Below are positions 1 through 24,042 of a DNA stretch of 64,000 nucleotides, in pieces. The first letter of the stretch is position 1. Each line of letters opens with the position of its first letter. The position numbers were made by a program, and so were the translations under genes. Location: assembly GCF_009914755.1 (NCBI RefSeq), contig NC_060927.1; one strand, written 5' to 3'. This DNA comes from the human T2T-CHM13v2.0 reference genome, Homo sapiens. Under the pieces are notes generated by a model, which was given only the letters and a program-made list of their open reading frames with translations, did not search any database and had not been told where the DNA came from.

Positions 1-72
1 GATCTTGAATGATCCGCCTACCTTGGCCTCCCAAAGTGCTGGGATTACAGGTGTGAGCCACCATGCCTGGCC
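1..72 (-). mobile_element. Alu, 5' (left-arm) end; rest lies outside the window
   Basis: ccttggcctcccaaagtgctgggattacaggtgtgagccaccatgcctggcc is the reverse complement of the Alu head. Confidence 0.95.
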
Positions 73-2370
73 CATTCTTTTTTCTTCTTTTTTTCTGTCT
101 CCCCTGGCTATTTCCAAATAGCCTGCCTTCAAGCCCACTAATTATCTCTTCCACCTGATTTATTCTGCTGATAAGAGACTCTGATGCATTCTTCAGTATT
201 TCAATTGCAGTTTTCAGCTCCAGAATTTCTGCATAATTCTTTTTTAATTATTTGAATTCCTTTGTTAAACTTATCTGATGGCATTCTGAAATCCTTCTCT
301 GTGTTATCTTGAATTTCATTGCGAGTCCTCAAAACAGCTATTTTGAATTCTCTGAATGAAAGATCACATATCTCTGTCTCTCTAGGATTAATTGCTGCTC
401 CCTTATTTAGTTCATTTGGTGAGGTCATATTTTCCTGGATAATCTTGATGCTTGTGGATGTTTGTCAGTGTCTGGGCATTGAAGAGTTGGGTATTTATTG
501 TAGTCTTCACAGTCTTTTTTTTTTCCACCTGTCCTTCTTTGGAAGGCTTTCCAAGCATTCAAAGGCACTTGGGTGTTGTGCTCTAAGTTTCTGGTCACTG
601 CAGCCCCATCTGTATTAGGGAGCACCCCAAGCCCAGTAACAATATGGTTCTTGCAGACTTATAGAGATACTTCTTGGTGGTCTTGGATCAGATCTGGAAG
701 AATTGTCTGGATTACCAGGAAAAGACTCATGTTCTCTTTCCTTACGTTCTCCCAAACAGCTCAGCTCTGTGCTGAGCTAACTAGGCTAGAAGAGAGGTGA
801 CACAAATACTCCTGTTGTCACCACTATTAGGACTGTGCTGGGTCAGACCTGAAACTAGTATGGTACTGGGGTCTCACCCAAGGGCTGTGGTTACCACTGC
901 CTGACTATCACCTATGCTCACCCAAATCCCTAGGGCTCTACAATCATCAGGTGACAAAGCCACTCTGGCTTTTGTCCTTCCATTCAGAATGGTGAGTTTC
1001 CTCCAGCACCAGTCAGGTCTAGCGATGTTTTTCAGAAGCCAGTCCCTTAAGTCAGAAACCTTAGGAATCTACCTGTTGCTCTATTCTACTGTGGCTGAGC
1101 TGGCACCCAAGCCACAAGACTAAGTCCTTCACACTCTTCCCTCCCTTTTCTGTAAGCACAGAGTTTCTGCCTGTGGCCACCCTTGCCCCAGACCCATGGC
1201 GAGTACTGCCTGGCTACCACTGATGTTCACTCAAAGCCCAAGGGCACTTCAGTCAGCGTGTTGGTGAATGCTGCCAAGCCTGGGACACTCTCTTCAGGAC
1301 AATGGGATCCCCTCTGGTTCAGGGCTAGGTCCAGAAATGCCATTCAAGAACCAAGGCCCAAAATGAGGACTCCAAGAGTCTGCTTGGTGCTCTACCCCAT
1401 TGTGGCCGAGCTGGTACCTAAGCTAAGGAACGAAGCTCCCTTTACTCTTCCCTCCCCTTTTCTCAAGCAGACGGAGTCTCTCCCTATAGCCATCACAGCT
1501 GGGAATGTACTGGGTCTCACCTGAAGCCAGCATGTCTTTGAGTCTCACCCAAGGCCCACAGCGAGTACTGCCCAGCTACCACTGCTGAAAGTTCAAGGCC
1601 CAAGGGCTCTTTTGTCAGCAGATGATGAATCCTGCCAGGACTGGGTTCTCCCCTTCAAGGCAGTGGATTCCCTTTTGGCCCAGGGTGTGTCTAGAAATGT
1701 CATCCTGGAATTAAGGTCTGGGATGGGGCCCTCAGGACTCTGCCTAGTGCCCTGTCTTTCTGTGGCTAAACTGGTATCCAAGTGGCAAGTAAAGTCCTCT
1801 TTACTCTTCCCTATCCTCTCCTAAGGTGGAGGGAAGAAGTATCTCCCAGAGCTGCAAGCTACACTGCCTGGGGCTGGGGAACGGATAGTGCAAGCACTCT
1901 CTTTGCTGTTCAAGCTGATGTCTCACTAGGTCACATGCCCCCCAAGTTCACTGGTTCTGAGCAATTCCCCTTTGCTAGGGCTGGTCTCATTGCTCCCTCC
2001 ATTAGCTTTGGCTGAGTTCTGCCTGGTGTTGCTGTCTGCTGTGACAGGACAGCACTGAGTTCCAATGCAAAGTCCCACAATCACTGTGCTCTCCCTCTTC
2101 CAAGCACACAGATTTTTTTTTCTCCACGCCACAGAACTGCTGCTGGGGGGAGGGGGATGGGAACTGTTGGCAATTCAAGGCTCTCTTTTCCACCCTCTTC
2201 AGTGCCTCTTTAAGCAATATGAAATTAAAACTGGGTACTGTGATTGCTCATCTGATTTTTGGTTCTTATGAAGGTGCTTTTTTGTGTGGATAGTTGTTCA
2301 ATTTGTTATTCTTGCTGGGAGGACAATCAGTGAAGGCTTCTATTTGGCCATCTTGCGCTGCCTTCCTCTC
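73..2370 (-). mobile_element. Old L1 (L1PB/L1MA-type) 5'UTR and ORF1 start
   Basis: ORF 201..428(-) MTSPNELNK...ETEICDLSFREFKIAVLR...EIQDNTEK resembles the L1 ORF1p N-terminus; the 5' end reads gcaagatggccaaatagaag on the minus strand (YY1-type motif). Confidence 0.9.
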
Positions 2371-3974
2371 TGATATTTTAATTTTTAGAAGGAGTAAGTT
2401 TCGATATCTGGACAGTGAACTCATGTAAATTATCTCATCCTTCTGAGAATTTTACTGTAAATTTATTTTATCTCAGTATTAAAGTTATCCAAAAGAGCTA
2501 TTTAACACATAACAAAACATATAGATTTCTCTCTACAACACTTTAAATTTTACAATTTTTTTTTATAGAAGTAGGGTCTGGATTTCACATTCATTTTATT
2601 ATTTTAAAGTATTATTAGTGAAGCACTATACTGTAGGTTTTAAGAGAGCTGATTCTAGAGCTAGACTTTTTAGACTCTCATTCCAGGTCTAGCCCACACA
2701 AGTTGTATAAGCTTGGGCACAGAATCAGGGTACAGTCGTGAGTATAGCAGACCTTTGTATTTCCATTCAGTCTGTAAGTCAACAGGTCTGTCTAAGAGCA
2801 GACACCTATTTCAGGGCAATCGCCGCAACTACTTTGTCTGGACTTTGACTTTTCCTCTTCCTGGAAGAGGAGATGGAGGAGAAGTCAGGTGAGATAGCTT
2901 AAGGAGAACTTGAATAATCAGTAAGCTGGTACAAAGACTCACGCAAGATCAACTGAGCCATGTCCAAGGGAAGCGAGCCCCACAATGATCAGAAACACCT
3001 ATGAGAAGCAGCACTCTCTAGCATAGCATTATAGGGGATTTCTGTGCCAACTACAACTGCCTGGGGAATCAAATACTACAGGATATTCCTTTATGTAGGT
3101 ACCAACTGAACACTTGCACTCTGGCCCCCAAAACTACTTGTGTATAAGCCTTAATTATCAAGACAATTGTACCAATTTATCATTACCAACATATTTTCCC
3201 TGGCACTGAATTCCAGGAGGCATTTACCATGTGCATCCACATGATAAATGTTATCACAAAGGACAGTGAGCATCACAAATAACAGTCTTCAGCTGTGAAT
3301 AGTCATGTTTCAACGACCTCTGAAAAAGCTTTCCTCCACAACCACTGATCTTTCTCTCCCACAGAAAACCCTTCACAAGTATGTGCATAGCTTTTGTGAA
3401 ATGTTTACCTTCTAGCAAAGCTGTGAATTATGTCCCATAGCTATAGCTGGTCTCAGCTGGCCCCTATCCCGAGGCGAGTGACACATGGTGAAGAGAATGA
3501 AACTGTAGGTGCTAGAAAAAGTAGCTTCCAGAAGAAAACAAAATTGTCCACATAATATCCAGAGGGTTCTTTTATGGATAAAATATTGTAATTCTTCAGC
3601 GTGGTAGATGCTGGTACTTTAAGGAGACAATTCTCAACTCAATATTAAAAAATATTCTCTTTCTCAAATCCATCCACAGTTGGAATTACCTGTCTCTACT
3701 CATAGTGAGCTTCTTTTTACTTTCAGAGGACATTTGAGCTTTGGGCAAAGGACGTTGAACCACTTGGCTACACTCTCTAAGACAAATTAGATCTCAGAGA
3801 TTTTTGAAAAGAAAAGTAGTCCAATCTGACTGATTAAAGGCATAAGGATCTCTATGCTCTGAATGGATTCCACCCAAATAAACTAAGGAAGAAGTCATAA
3901 CTTCATTTCAGAATGAAATGTAATTAGCTAGCTGTAATTATTGCCTTAGGAAAGACCTAGTAAATGAGGGACAG

Positions 3975-4210
3975 AGTGGTGTGGTGGAAAAGAACATAAC
4001 TTTTGAGTCTGGACAACTTTGATTCAAATCCTGGTTCTGTCATTTATTAGCTGTGTCATCTTAGACAATTTACATGACCTCTCTGAGTCTCAGTTGTTTC
4101 CTCTAAATATAGATAAGAATGCCTCATTATAGAGTATTGTAAGAAGTCTATGAGATATTATACATATAGTGACTACCGCACTACAGGGCTTACAATAGGC
4201 ACTAAACAAA
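3975..4210 (+). mobile_element. MIR SINE
   Basis: MIR core: gattcaaatcctggttctgtcatttattagctgtgtcatcttagacaatttacatgacctctctgagtctcagtt. Confidence 0.8.
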
Positions 4211-4487
4211 TTAAACCTATCATCACTAATACTTTAGGTGCAAACCACAGTGATCCCAGCTTTTTAAGATCATCTATGGAAAAATCAATTATATATATAT
4301 AATTCATAAATTAAGGAGAAATTTAAAATGCGCAGCAAATTTTAGAATCTGTAACATGTTTGTCATGAGAAATTGCTACTTTTCAAAAAAAAAAAAAGGA
4401 TATTTCGACAGATAAAGAATACACCAAAACCACAACTGGAGAATAAGGGTTTAATTGTAGTTCCCTGGTTCAATGCTTATTCCTTCC

Positions 4488-4610
4488 TGATAGAATGTAA
4501 GCTTTATGAGGGCAGGAACTTTATCTGATTCACCAATGTATTTCTAGAGACCAGAACTATTTCTGACACATAGTCTCTACTCAATAGAGTTTTATTGACA
4601 AATGAGTGAA
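4488..4610 (+). mobile_element. L2 3' end fragment
   Basis: tagaatgtaagctttatgagggcagg...cacatagt...ctcaata...aatgagtgaa, typical L2 terminus. Confidence 0.75.
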
Positions 4611-4661
4611 CCCTAACTCAGTACCCTAATAACCAATGACTATTTACAAAATAGTAGGGTG

Positions 4662-5020
<359 letters not shown>

Positions 5021-6269
5021 CTATCTGTACTAATTTCACATATCAAAAGAAACCTTGTGATGACTCTTTGGCTTTTTATAAGCCATGTATGGAATCCTTT
5101 ATAGAAAACAGAGTGGCAATTTCCATTGGTAGTAGAGCAGGTGACGTCTCTCTCCCAGTGTAAATGTATCCATCAGCATCTGACTCATTAATTAAATGTT
5201 TTTTATAAGTAGTCTCTATGAATTAGTCTTTTTCAGTTTGATCACAATAGAATAATCCACAATCAAACTATACATAGTTCTCAACTCCCTCAAGTTCACC
5301 ATTTTCTTTATAGAGTCTCTGCTTCTGCAATAAACTCCCCCAATGTCTCTCTTTCATCACCTCAATGATACCAAGTTATTTCAGGAAGGTTGTCTCTAAT
5401 AAATGATTATTATAATTTATAACAGGTTATTATCTTTACAATGGTATATTGTTGTGGACAAATCTCAATATGTATACAAATTATAGCTTATGTTGCAGTA
5501 AAATTGGCCACATAGAAATGATACTGGATTCTAAACAGTTTGCTGAATTCACAACTGAATCCAAAACCAACAGGAAGCGTTCTCCAACCTGTTCTTAAAA
5601 ATACCTGCTCTAGGTATATAATGCTAGAACTTAACCAATGAAACTAGTATTATTCCTCATCACAGCACTGGCCAGGGTTGCCTTTCAGTCACTGCGATAA
5701 AAATTATCATTTTCTTCTCTATAGCTTCTGTCACTGTTTTTTCTATAGCTTCTGTTATCATTTTCTTCAACATGTGCTGGGAGATAATACTCTGTTCCCT
5801 TACAAATGCTTCCCAAGTATTAGCTAGAAAATTTACTGGAGGCCTCTGTACATTCAGAATGTAGATGACTAGAACCAGAAATGAAGTCAAAAAATGAAAC
5901 CAAGATTTAAAAAACTTTCCAACTACTACAGGATTTGAAAATGCCTTTCTTAGCATACTTCAAAATGAGTAAATTGCTTCTAAGTGAGTAAATACTTCTA
6001 AGTAAATTTGAATAACATCCAAAAATACACATTTCCTGTTTTTTAAGTGTCAGGGTATGCTGAGGGAGAGAAGAAGGGTGTTTGCTGTCTAGTACATAGA
6101 GAGACTTTAGAGCTGTTACCAGTTGAATTGGTGACAATAGATAACATTAAGCAACTTAAAGTCCTTAATTCCCGAAGCATTGATACACATGTTTAAAAAA
6201 ATAAAACACGAATCAGAAATATTTCTTAAATTTCAAATTCAATATTAGAATTGATATAAATTTCAGACA

Positions 6270-6405
6270 TTACACAGTTCAATGCCTTCATTGTACAAAT
6301 GGAAAAAACTGAGGCATAGGGAAATGAATCACTCAGAAAAACTCACAACATAATTACTCAACTTGGAGCAGACTTCAAGCCTTTTCACTTCTAAATCCCT
6401 TTTCC
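6270..6405 (-). mobile_element. MIR fragment
   Basis: cattgtacaaatggaaaaaactgaggcatagg matches antisense MIR core. Confidence 0.65.
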
Positions 6406-7424
6406 AGAGGATTTTGCTAGATTGATTCTTATCAACTGTGTGGCTATCACCTGTATTTTCAGTGACACTACAATGGCTCATCTACCGTGTCTAAGATGGG
6501 GTTAACTAATTAATCAAGGTATGTATTAGCCAGATTCTGAACATTATTATTAATTCCAGTGATAGCTATTCTCTAATAATGCCACCATTGTGTTTCAGAG
6601 CAGATAGACTCAAAGACAATCATGTATTTACCCAGTTGTAGTGTTATATCCCTTCTAACACATTTACTGATATTTTTATTCATCTCACCAACAACAACAC
6701 ACAGCATTAAAAAAAACCTGGCAATATTAACCTAAAAAATGGAAAGGAAAGCTGATTCCATAACTAATCTACAGTTGTTCCTGTGGGAATAATTCATTGC
6801 AATATAACCCTGTCTCTTATAACCTGAAAAAATACTTCACTTGTGTTTCTTCCATCAAAAAAAGTCTTTCATAGATCTCTACATCACTTCTCTATTATAA
6901 ACCACTGCCACATTTCTTAATAGGCATTAAAGTGGATGTAATAGTTTATGCTTCCTAAACCATACCAGGCAAGCTAATTACACTAACTGTTGCTCAGGCT
7001 AAGAAATCTGGATTTTTAAAAATGCTATCAAAGCTGTTGAAAGATTTTAACTCCTAGTAGGCTATATATGTGATTCAGGAGGATTACTCTGGTACTAGTA
7101 TGGAGACAGAGAAAACCAATATGACCTGACAACAAATTGTAAAACCCTAAACGATGGCAAATGCAGTCATGATAAAAATAAAAGAACAGATTCTAATAAT
7201 TAATGTAACTTAGTAATTGATTGTGTGTGGAAGTAAAGAAGAAGAAGCAATAATGTCCAAGCTCCTGGAATTGTGCTAAGTAGAAAAGGGGCTCAAAATG
7301 AAAAATAGACATTTATTATTCATGACAGAATAATGATTATTCATGGTAAAGTGTATAAAGTGTCAGATATAGGAACAAATGAAAAGGAGGATAAAATCAC
7401 ATTTGAAAATAGAAAAAAGGAAAT

Positions 7425-8435
7425 TTGGAATGTTAATTTTATGTGTCTACTTGAGTGAGCCACAGAATGCCCAGAAATTTGGCCAAACATTATTCTGGGT
7501 ATGACTATAGGGTGTTTCTAGATGAGACTCACATTTGAATCAGTAGATAGAGTAAAACAGATTGCTTTTCATAGTGTGGGTGGGCCTTATCCATCAATTG
7601 AAGACCTGAATAGACAAAAAGGCTGAGCAAGAGGGAACTCCTTCTGTCTAACTGCTATGAGCTGGGACATTGGTCTTTTTCAGCCTTCAGACTCAAACTG
7701 AAATATCAGCGTTTCTTGGGTCTTGAGCCTGCCAGCTTTCTGACTGGAACTTACACCATTAGCATTCCTGGTATTCAGGCCTTCAGACTTGGACAGAAGC
7801 TACACAACAGCTTTCTTAGGTCTCTAGCTTGCAGACTGCAGACCTTGGAACTTATCAGCCTCCAAAAACATGTGAGCCAATCTCTTATAATAAATCTCCT
7901 CCCTCTGTCTCTCTCTGTCTCTCTCTATATATGTATATTATATATACACACATATATCTATACACTCACACTTATATATGTGTATATGTGTGAGTGTGTA
8001 TATATATATGTATATATAATTACACATATAGAAAAAAGGAAATTGGGATGGTTAATTTTATGTGTCCACTTGAGTGAGCCACAGGATGTGAGGTGTATCA
8101 GAGACCATACATACACATATGTGTATATGTACAGATATATATGTATGTATATATATGTATGTGCATAGATAATATTTGTACACACACGTATATATGTATG
8201 TGCAAACATATATAATATATTCCTTTCCTTCCTATATATGTGCATACATATATAATAGATTATATGTGTGTATACATAATATATAATGTAATTACATATA
8301 TTACATATATAACATATTATATATTGCATATGTTACATTATATATTACACAGATATAATATTATGATATACAACACCTATTGAAGAACCATGAGTTCCAT
8401 GAACCATGGTTCTCTGAAGAACCATGAGTAATGCA
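7425..8435 (+). mobile_element. MLT2 (ERVL) LTR with an expanded internal (TA/TG/CA)n tract
   Basis: gttaattttatgtgtctacttgagtgagccacag start, gtgtttctagatgagactcacatttgaatcagtag, gtgagccaatctcttataataaatctc, then the microsatellite and a cctattg...gaacc...gtaatgca end. Confidence 0.88.
7905..8372. repeat. Compound (TC)n/(TA)n/(TG)n low-complexity tract
   Basis: Directly visible dinucleotide runs. Confidence 0.9.
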
Positions 8436-8914
8436 GAAATAAGTAACAAAGAATGTAGTATGTCAAGTTTGCTAAGCCTTAAGAAAAGGAAGAGGGCCGT
8501 TTCAGACAAAGAGAAAATTACATAGGTAGGGTATAGTTTTAAAAGAACAAATAGTATAACACAACTAGAGCATCAGGTGAGATAAAGTAGGAGGTAAGCA
8601 GAAAAAGGTAGATTGGAGGTACACAGGGGAAAATTTCTGATACATAACCAAAGAGTTCAGAGCTAATTTAAGAAAAAGAATATAATTCAATGAAGGTTTT
8701 GTAGAAGACTTAAAATGAAATTTTAAAAATACTTTAAAATACTCAAATATTTAAAGATACGAATACCTTTTTCTCTCTCTTTACAAAAAGCAAAATTATC
8801 CCCATTTATTTTAGCTTCCTCTCCCTGGAACGCATGTAACTGTCAGGTTTAGAGAGTCACTTAGGTCAGGAACCCTAGGAATAGATTGTGTATGCAATAT
8901 TAAATAAAAACAAC

Positions 8915-17272
<8,358 letters not shown>

Positions 17273-17750
17273 TGGGAATAGTAAAAAGATGAGTGGTTAT
17301 CAAGAGGTAGGGATAGGGAGGGGTAAACAGGTAGAACACAGAGGATTTTTAGGGTAATGAAACAATTCTGTGCGATGCTATGATGGTGTATATATGTTAT
17401 TATACATTTTTCAAACCTCATAGAATGTACAACACTAAGCAAGAACCATAATGTAGAACACTGATTAATAATGATGTGTCATATGTATACATATGTAACA
17501 AACCTGCACATTGTGCACATGTACTCTAAAACTTAAAGTATAATAATAATAAAACTAAAAAAAGAAGAAAAAAAAGATGTGTCAATAGATTGCAACAAAA
17601 GTGCCACTGAGGTGGGAGATGTTGATAGTAATGGAGGTTGTGTCTGTCTGGGGACAGGGACATATAGAGACACTCTCTGTACTTTCCACTCAATTTTACT
17701 GGGAACCTAAAACTCCTCTAAAAACTAAAGTTCGTTAATGAATTAAAAAA
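17273..17750 (+). mobile_element. L1MC-type 3'UTR
   Basis: gtaaaaagatgagtggtt...gaggatttttagggtaatgaaac...catagaatgtacaacac...gggaacctaaaactcctctaaaaa. Confidence 0.75.
17481..17575 (+). mobile_element. Extremely 5'-truncated L1PA 3' terminus
   Basis: atatgtatacatatgtaacaaacctgcacattgtgcacatgtactctaaaacttaaagtataata plus A tail; TSD gatgtgtca. Confidence 0.88.
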
Positions 17751-20295
<2,545 letters not shown>

Positions 20296-20636
20296 ACAAT
20301 AGAAACACAAAGAATGCATGTATTTTTACTTCATAAATGCATGAAGTAAATAATAAGAAAAACATGAAGGGATTTCTTCAGTAAAGTTCAAAATTTGATT
20401 GAAATAAAAAACCCACAATGAAGTAGAATTGTACTAGATACAGCTCTTATTAATAAATAAAAAAATTATATAGGCCATCTTGTCGCCATGGGACAAATAA
20501 TTGCTGTGAATTTATATTATCTTCAATAAAACATATTTGTAATCAGTAAATAGGTATACTCTTCATTATGGCAACTAGTATGGAAATTTGGGTACAGAAG
20601 ATAAATTCTGGGTGATACTAACCCTACCTCTGAGAC

Positions 20637-20698
20637 TTTTTTTTTTTTTTGAGCCAGAGTCTCACTCTTTTGCCCAGGCTGGAGTGCAGTGGCGCAAT
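20637..20698 (-). mobile_element. Short Alu 3' fragment
   Basis: T14 + gagccagagtctcactcttttgcccaggctggagtgcagtggcgcaat, then an abrupt switch to non-Alu DNA. Confidence 0.9.
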
Positions 20699-21634
20699 GT
20701 TTCACTGTGCTATGAGAGAAGCTATGTTTCATCCACTAAGCTTCTCTTGCAAACAATTATCTCTCTTATTCACACTGTCATTGTTCATCCTGAACGTTCT
20801 CTATCAAGCATTCACACGGATTTCCCATACTGAAACCAACACTGTTTGGCTTACATACTCTTAGACACATTGTTTGCCACATGAGTATGACCAGGGTAAT
20901 AAGGACACTCAAAGTGCTATCACAGAAAGACTCCAAGGATCTTGAGAAGACTCATACTGGACGTATAAGTGGCTTTTATATGCCATGAAAGAAGATTAGA
21001 CTTTTTTATGTGATTTTGAGAGCTTTAGAACTGGGACCTACCATTGAAGTTAAAAGTAAAGCAATTTCAGTTCAAAATAACAAAGTTAGATCTATCCAAG
21101 ATTAATGGAATATTATTAAAAAGTTGTATAAACTGAAAACAGGTAAATAGACACAAATTTTAAGCATTTGATGAATGGCTAGACAATCCAATCTTTAATA
21201 TCTCTCATATCCCAAGATTTAATGGTTCTGGGTGCAGATGGTTCACCAGGCTCTTTATGCCCCCAAGCTCACAACTCACACATTCACCACTTGCTCAAAC
21301 AATGAAGACTTGCACACACAATCCCATCCTCCTCCTAGTTTGTTACCAGCTGCTGCCAATGATTTAATACTGGAGACTGAGGAGAGCCAGAGTAGTTTCA
21401 ATTGTACTCCCTAAAGAGGAAAAAAATCAAGCTAAATCCAATGAGGAAGGATAATATTTGAGAATGGCATTTTCATTAGCAGCTGACAAGTTTAAAAGTA
21501 TGAACACAATTACATAGTGCTTTGTCAGCAAAGATGTATCATTAGTGTCCTGAAACAAAGAGAGAAATTCTACATAATTAATAAAATGATATTTAACTCT
21601 GCTATTATCAATAGATAAACACAATGATAAGTAG

Positions 21635-21832
21635 TATTCCTTAGTAGTTAAAGCTTGAACTTTGGATCCAGATTGCCTGATTTGAAATCCTAACCTCTCT
21701 GTCAGTTCTCCAATCTGAGAAAATAGAGATGACAAGAATACCTATATCATAGACTTCTTATGAGGATTAAATTCATTAATTCAAATCAAGCCTAAGAAAA
21801 GTGTATTGCAAGACATAGGTATGTGCTATTAT
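21635..21832 (+). mobile_element. MIR
   Basis: tagtagttaaagcttgaactttggatccagattgcctgatttgaaatcc...tgaggattaaat. Confidence 0.75.
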
Positions 21833-21928
21833 CAATGGATGATTACCATTTGGTATGCCTACATTTTTCAGTGTTCAACCTGTCCATATATTAGGAGGCA
21901 CCAAGGCTTAAAATTAGACTATGTGTAG

Positions 21929-22262
<334 letters not shown>

Positions 22263-22744
22263 GACCATGTGTAGTCTTATTGGAACATCTAGAAGTTCCA
22301 GATGCTCCACTTACCTCAGGGATTACATTTTTTCATGTCCACTTTATGCTTCGGGGACAGTATTCTCAGGAAGACTTTCCAACACAAGCCAGCATTTAAG
22401 GCAGCAGGTGATATGTGATATGTCTAATGAATTGCTTTTGGAATTGAATCATTGTCTTTCCTACTGTACAAGCTTTAAAATACTTGGTCTTTGGGGTCTC
22501 CACACCATCTGCACACTTAAAGAAATCCAAGTGCAACAGAAACCAGTGATCACAGTTCATGATCACATGGAGCACTGTTCCCAAAATGGGCTATAGCAAG
22601 TTGATGTAGCTTCAGTGCAGCAATGAGCTTGACATTCCGCATTCCACTGGGTTTGGAATTTTTTAAATGTTTCTGTGTTTTGGTATTCAGAAACAGCATC
22701 TCAGGACTGAAATGAAAGATTAGAGGAGAATGTATTTATAGCAC

Positions 22745-22975
22745 AGAATTCCCTTAAGAATGTAAGCTCTTGAGACAAATTGCATTGGTTCTAATCTACT
22801 CTCCATTTACTGGCTGTGGGACTTTCCCACACCTTTGTTTCCTCTACATAAAATAGGAATGCTGACATTACTACTGATCTCAAAACTACTGTGTGTATTA
22901 AATGAGGTTATCTACATAAAACATTTTGAACAGAGCTTTTTCACTTGGTGAATGCTCAATAAATATTAATCACTG
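22745..22975 (+). mobile_element. MIR
   Basis: ggttctaatctactctccatttactggctgtgggac...attaaatgagg...gctcaataaatattaa. Confidence 0.7.
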
Positions 22976-23308
22976 TTTATTAACTAAAAATTTAGCAAGT
23001 TTGAAAATTCTCTGATTAATGCATAGACAAATCATGAGATGACTTTAAGCATATTTTGGTAATATAATGAGAGTTCCAAGAAATAAACTGGCTTAAAGCT
23101 TAGTGATCCTTCACCTATATGTTTAAAAATCTTATCAAATTACTACAACTTAAAAGTGATAGGTGAAGTTGAAGATGCTAAGACAAATCAAATTCTTGCA
23201 TTCAAAATAATTTGCATTCTATCAGAGTGCTAATAATAGCAAATATTAGTTGAACACTAAATTATAGGCACTGATGTGAATTCGCTCATTTTATCTGTGT
23301 CAGAAATA

Positions 23309-23703
23309 AAGTTACACATGGCGTAACAATGTTTCAGTCAACAATGGACTGCATAATAGTACAGTGGTCCTATAAGATTATAATACCATATTTTTACTGT
23401 ATCTTTTCTTTGTTTACATATGTTTAGATACACAAATACAGTTGTCTGTAGTATTCAGCCCAGTAACATGCTGTATAGGTTTTTGTAGCCTAGGAGCCAT
23501 AGGCTATACCCTACAGCTTAGTTGAATAGCAGGCAACAGCATACAGCCTATTGTATAGTGGGCTATACACTACAGCCTAGTTGTATAGTAGGCTATATGA
23601 TCTAGGTTTGTGTTAGTATGCCCCACAATTTTCACACAAAGACAGAACTACCTAACAATGAATTTCTCAGAACATATCCCTGTCATTAAGAGACGCATGA
23701 CTG
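23309..23703 (-). mobile_element. Tigger3/MER7 (TcMar-Tigger) DNA transposon inside a MIR
   Basis: tttctcagaacatatccctgtcattaagagacgcatgactg is the reverse complement of the MER7/Tigger3 terminus; ggtcctataagattataatac and ggctatacc motifs; antisense MIR sequence resumes at ~24020-24190. Confidence 0.85.

Positions 23704-24042
<339 letters not shown>

Noticed and set aside
2846-2888. Small palindrome tcctcttcc-t-ggaagagga
   Set aside because: Short, low-complexity purine/pyrimidine sequence; chance-level
5700-6010. Short local duplications (tctatagcttctgt twice; gagtaaat..cttctaagt twice)
   Set aside because: Ordinary slippage-scale repeats with no array or spacer structure; not CRISPR-like
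7716-8329. 150-aa and 123-aa Y/I/C-rich ORFs
   Set aside because: Translation of (TA/TG)n microsatellite within an LTR
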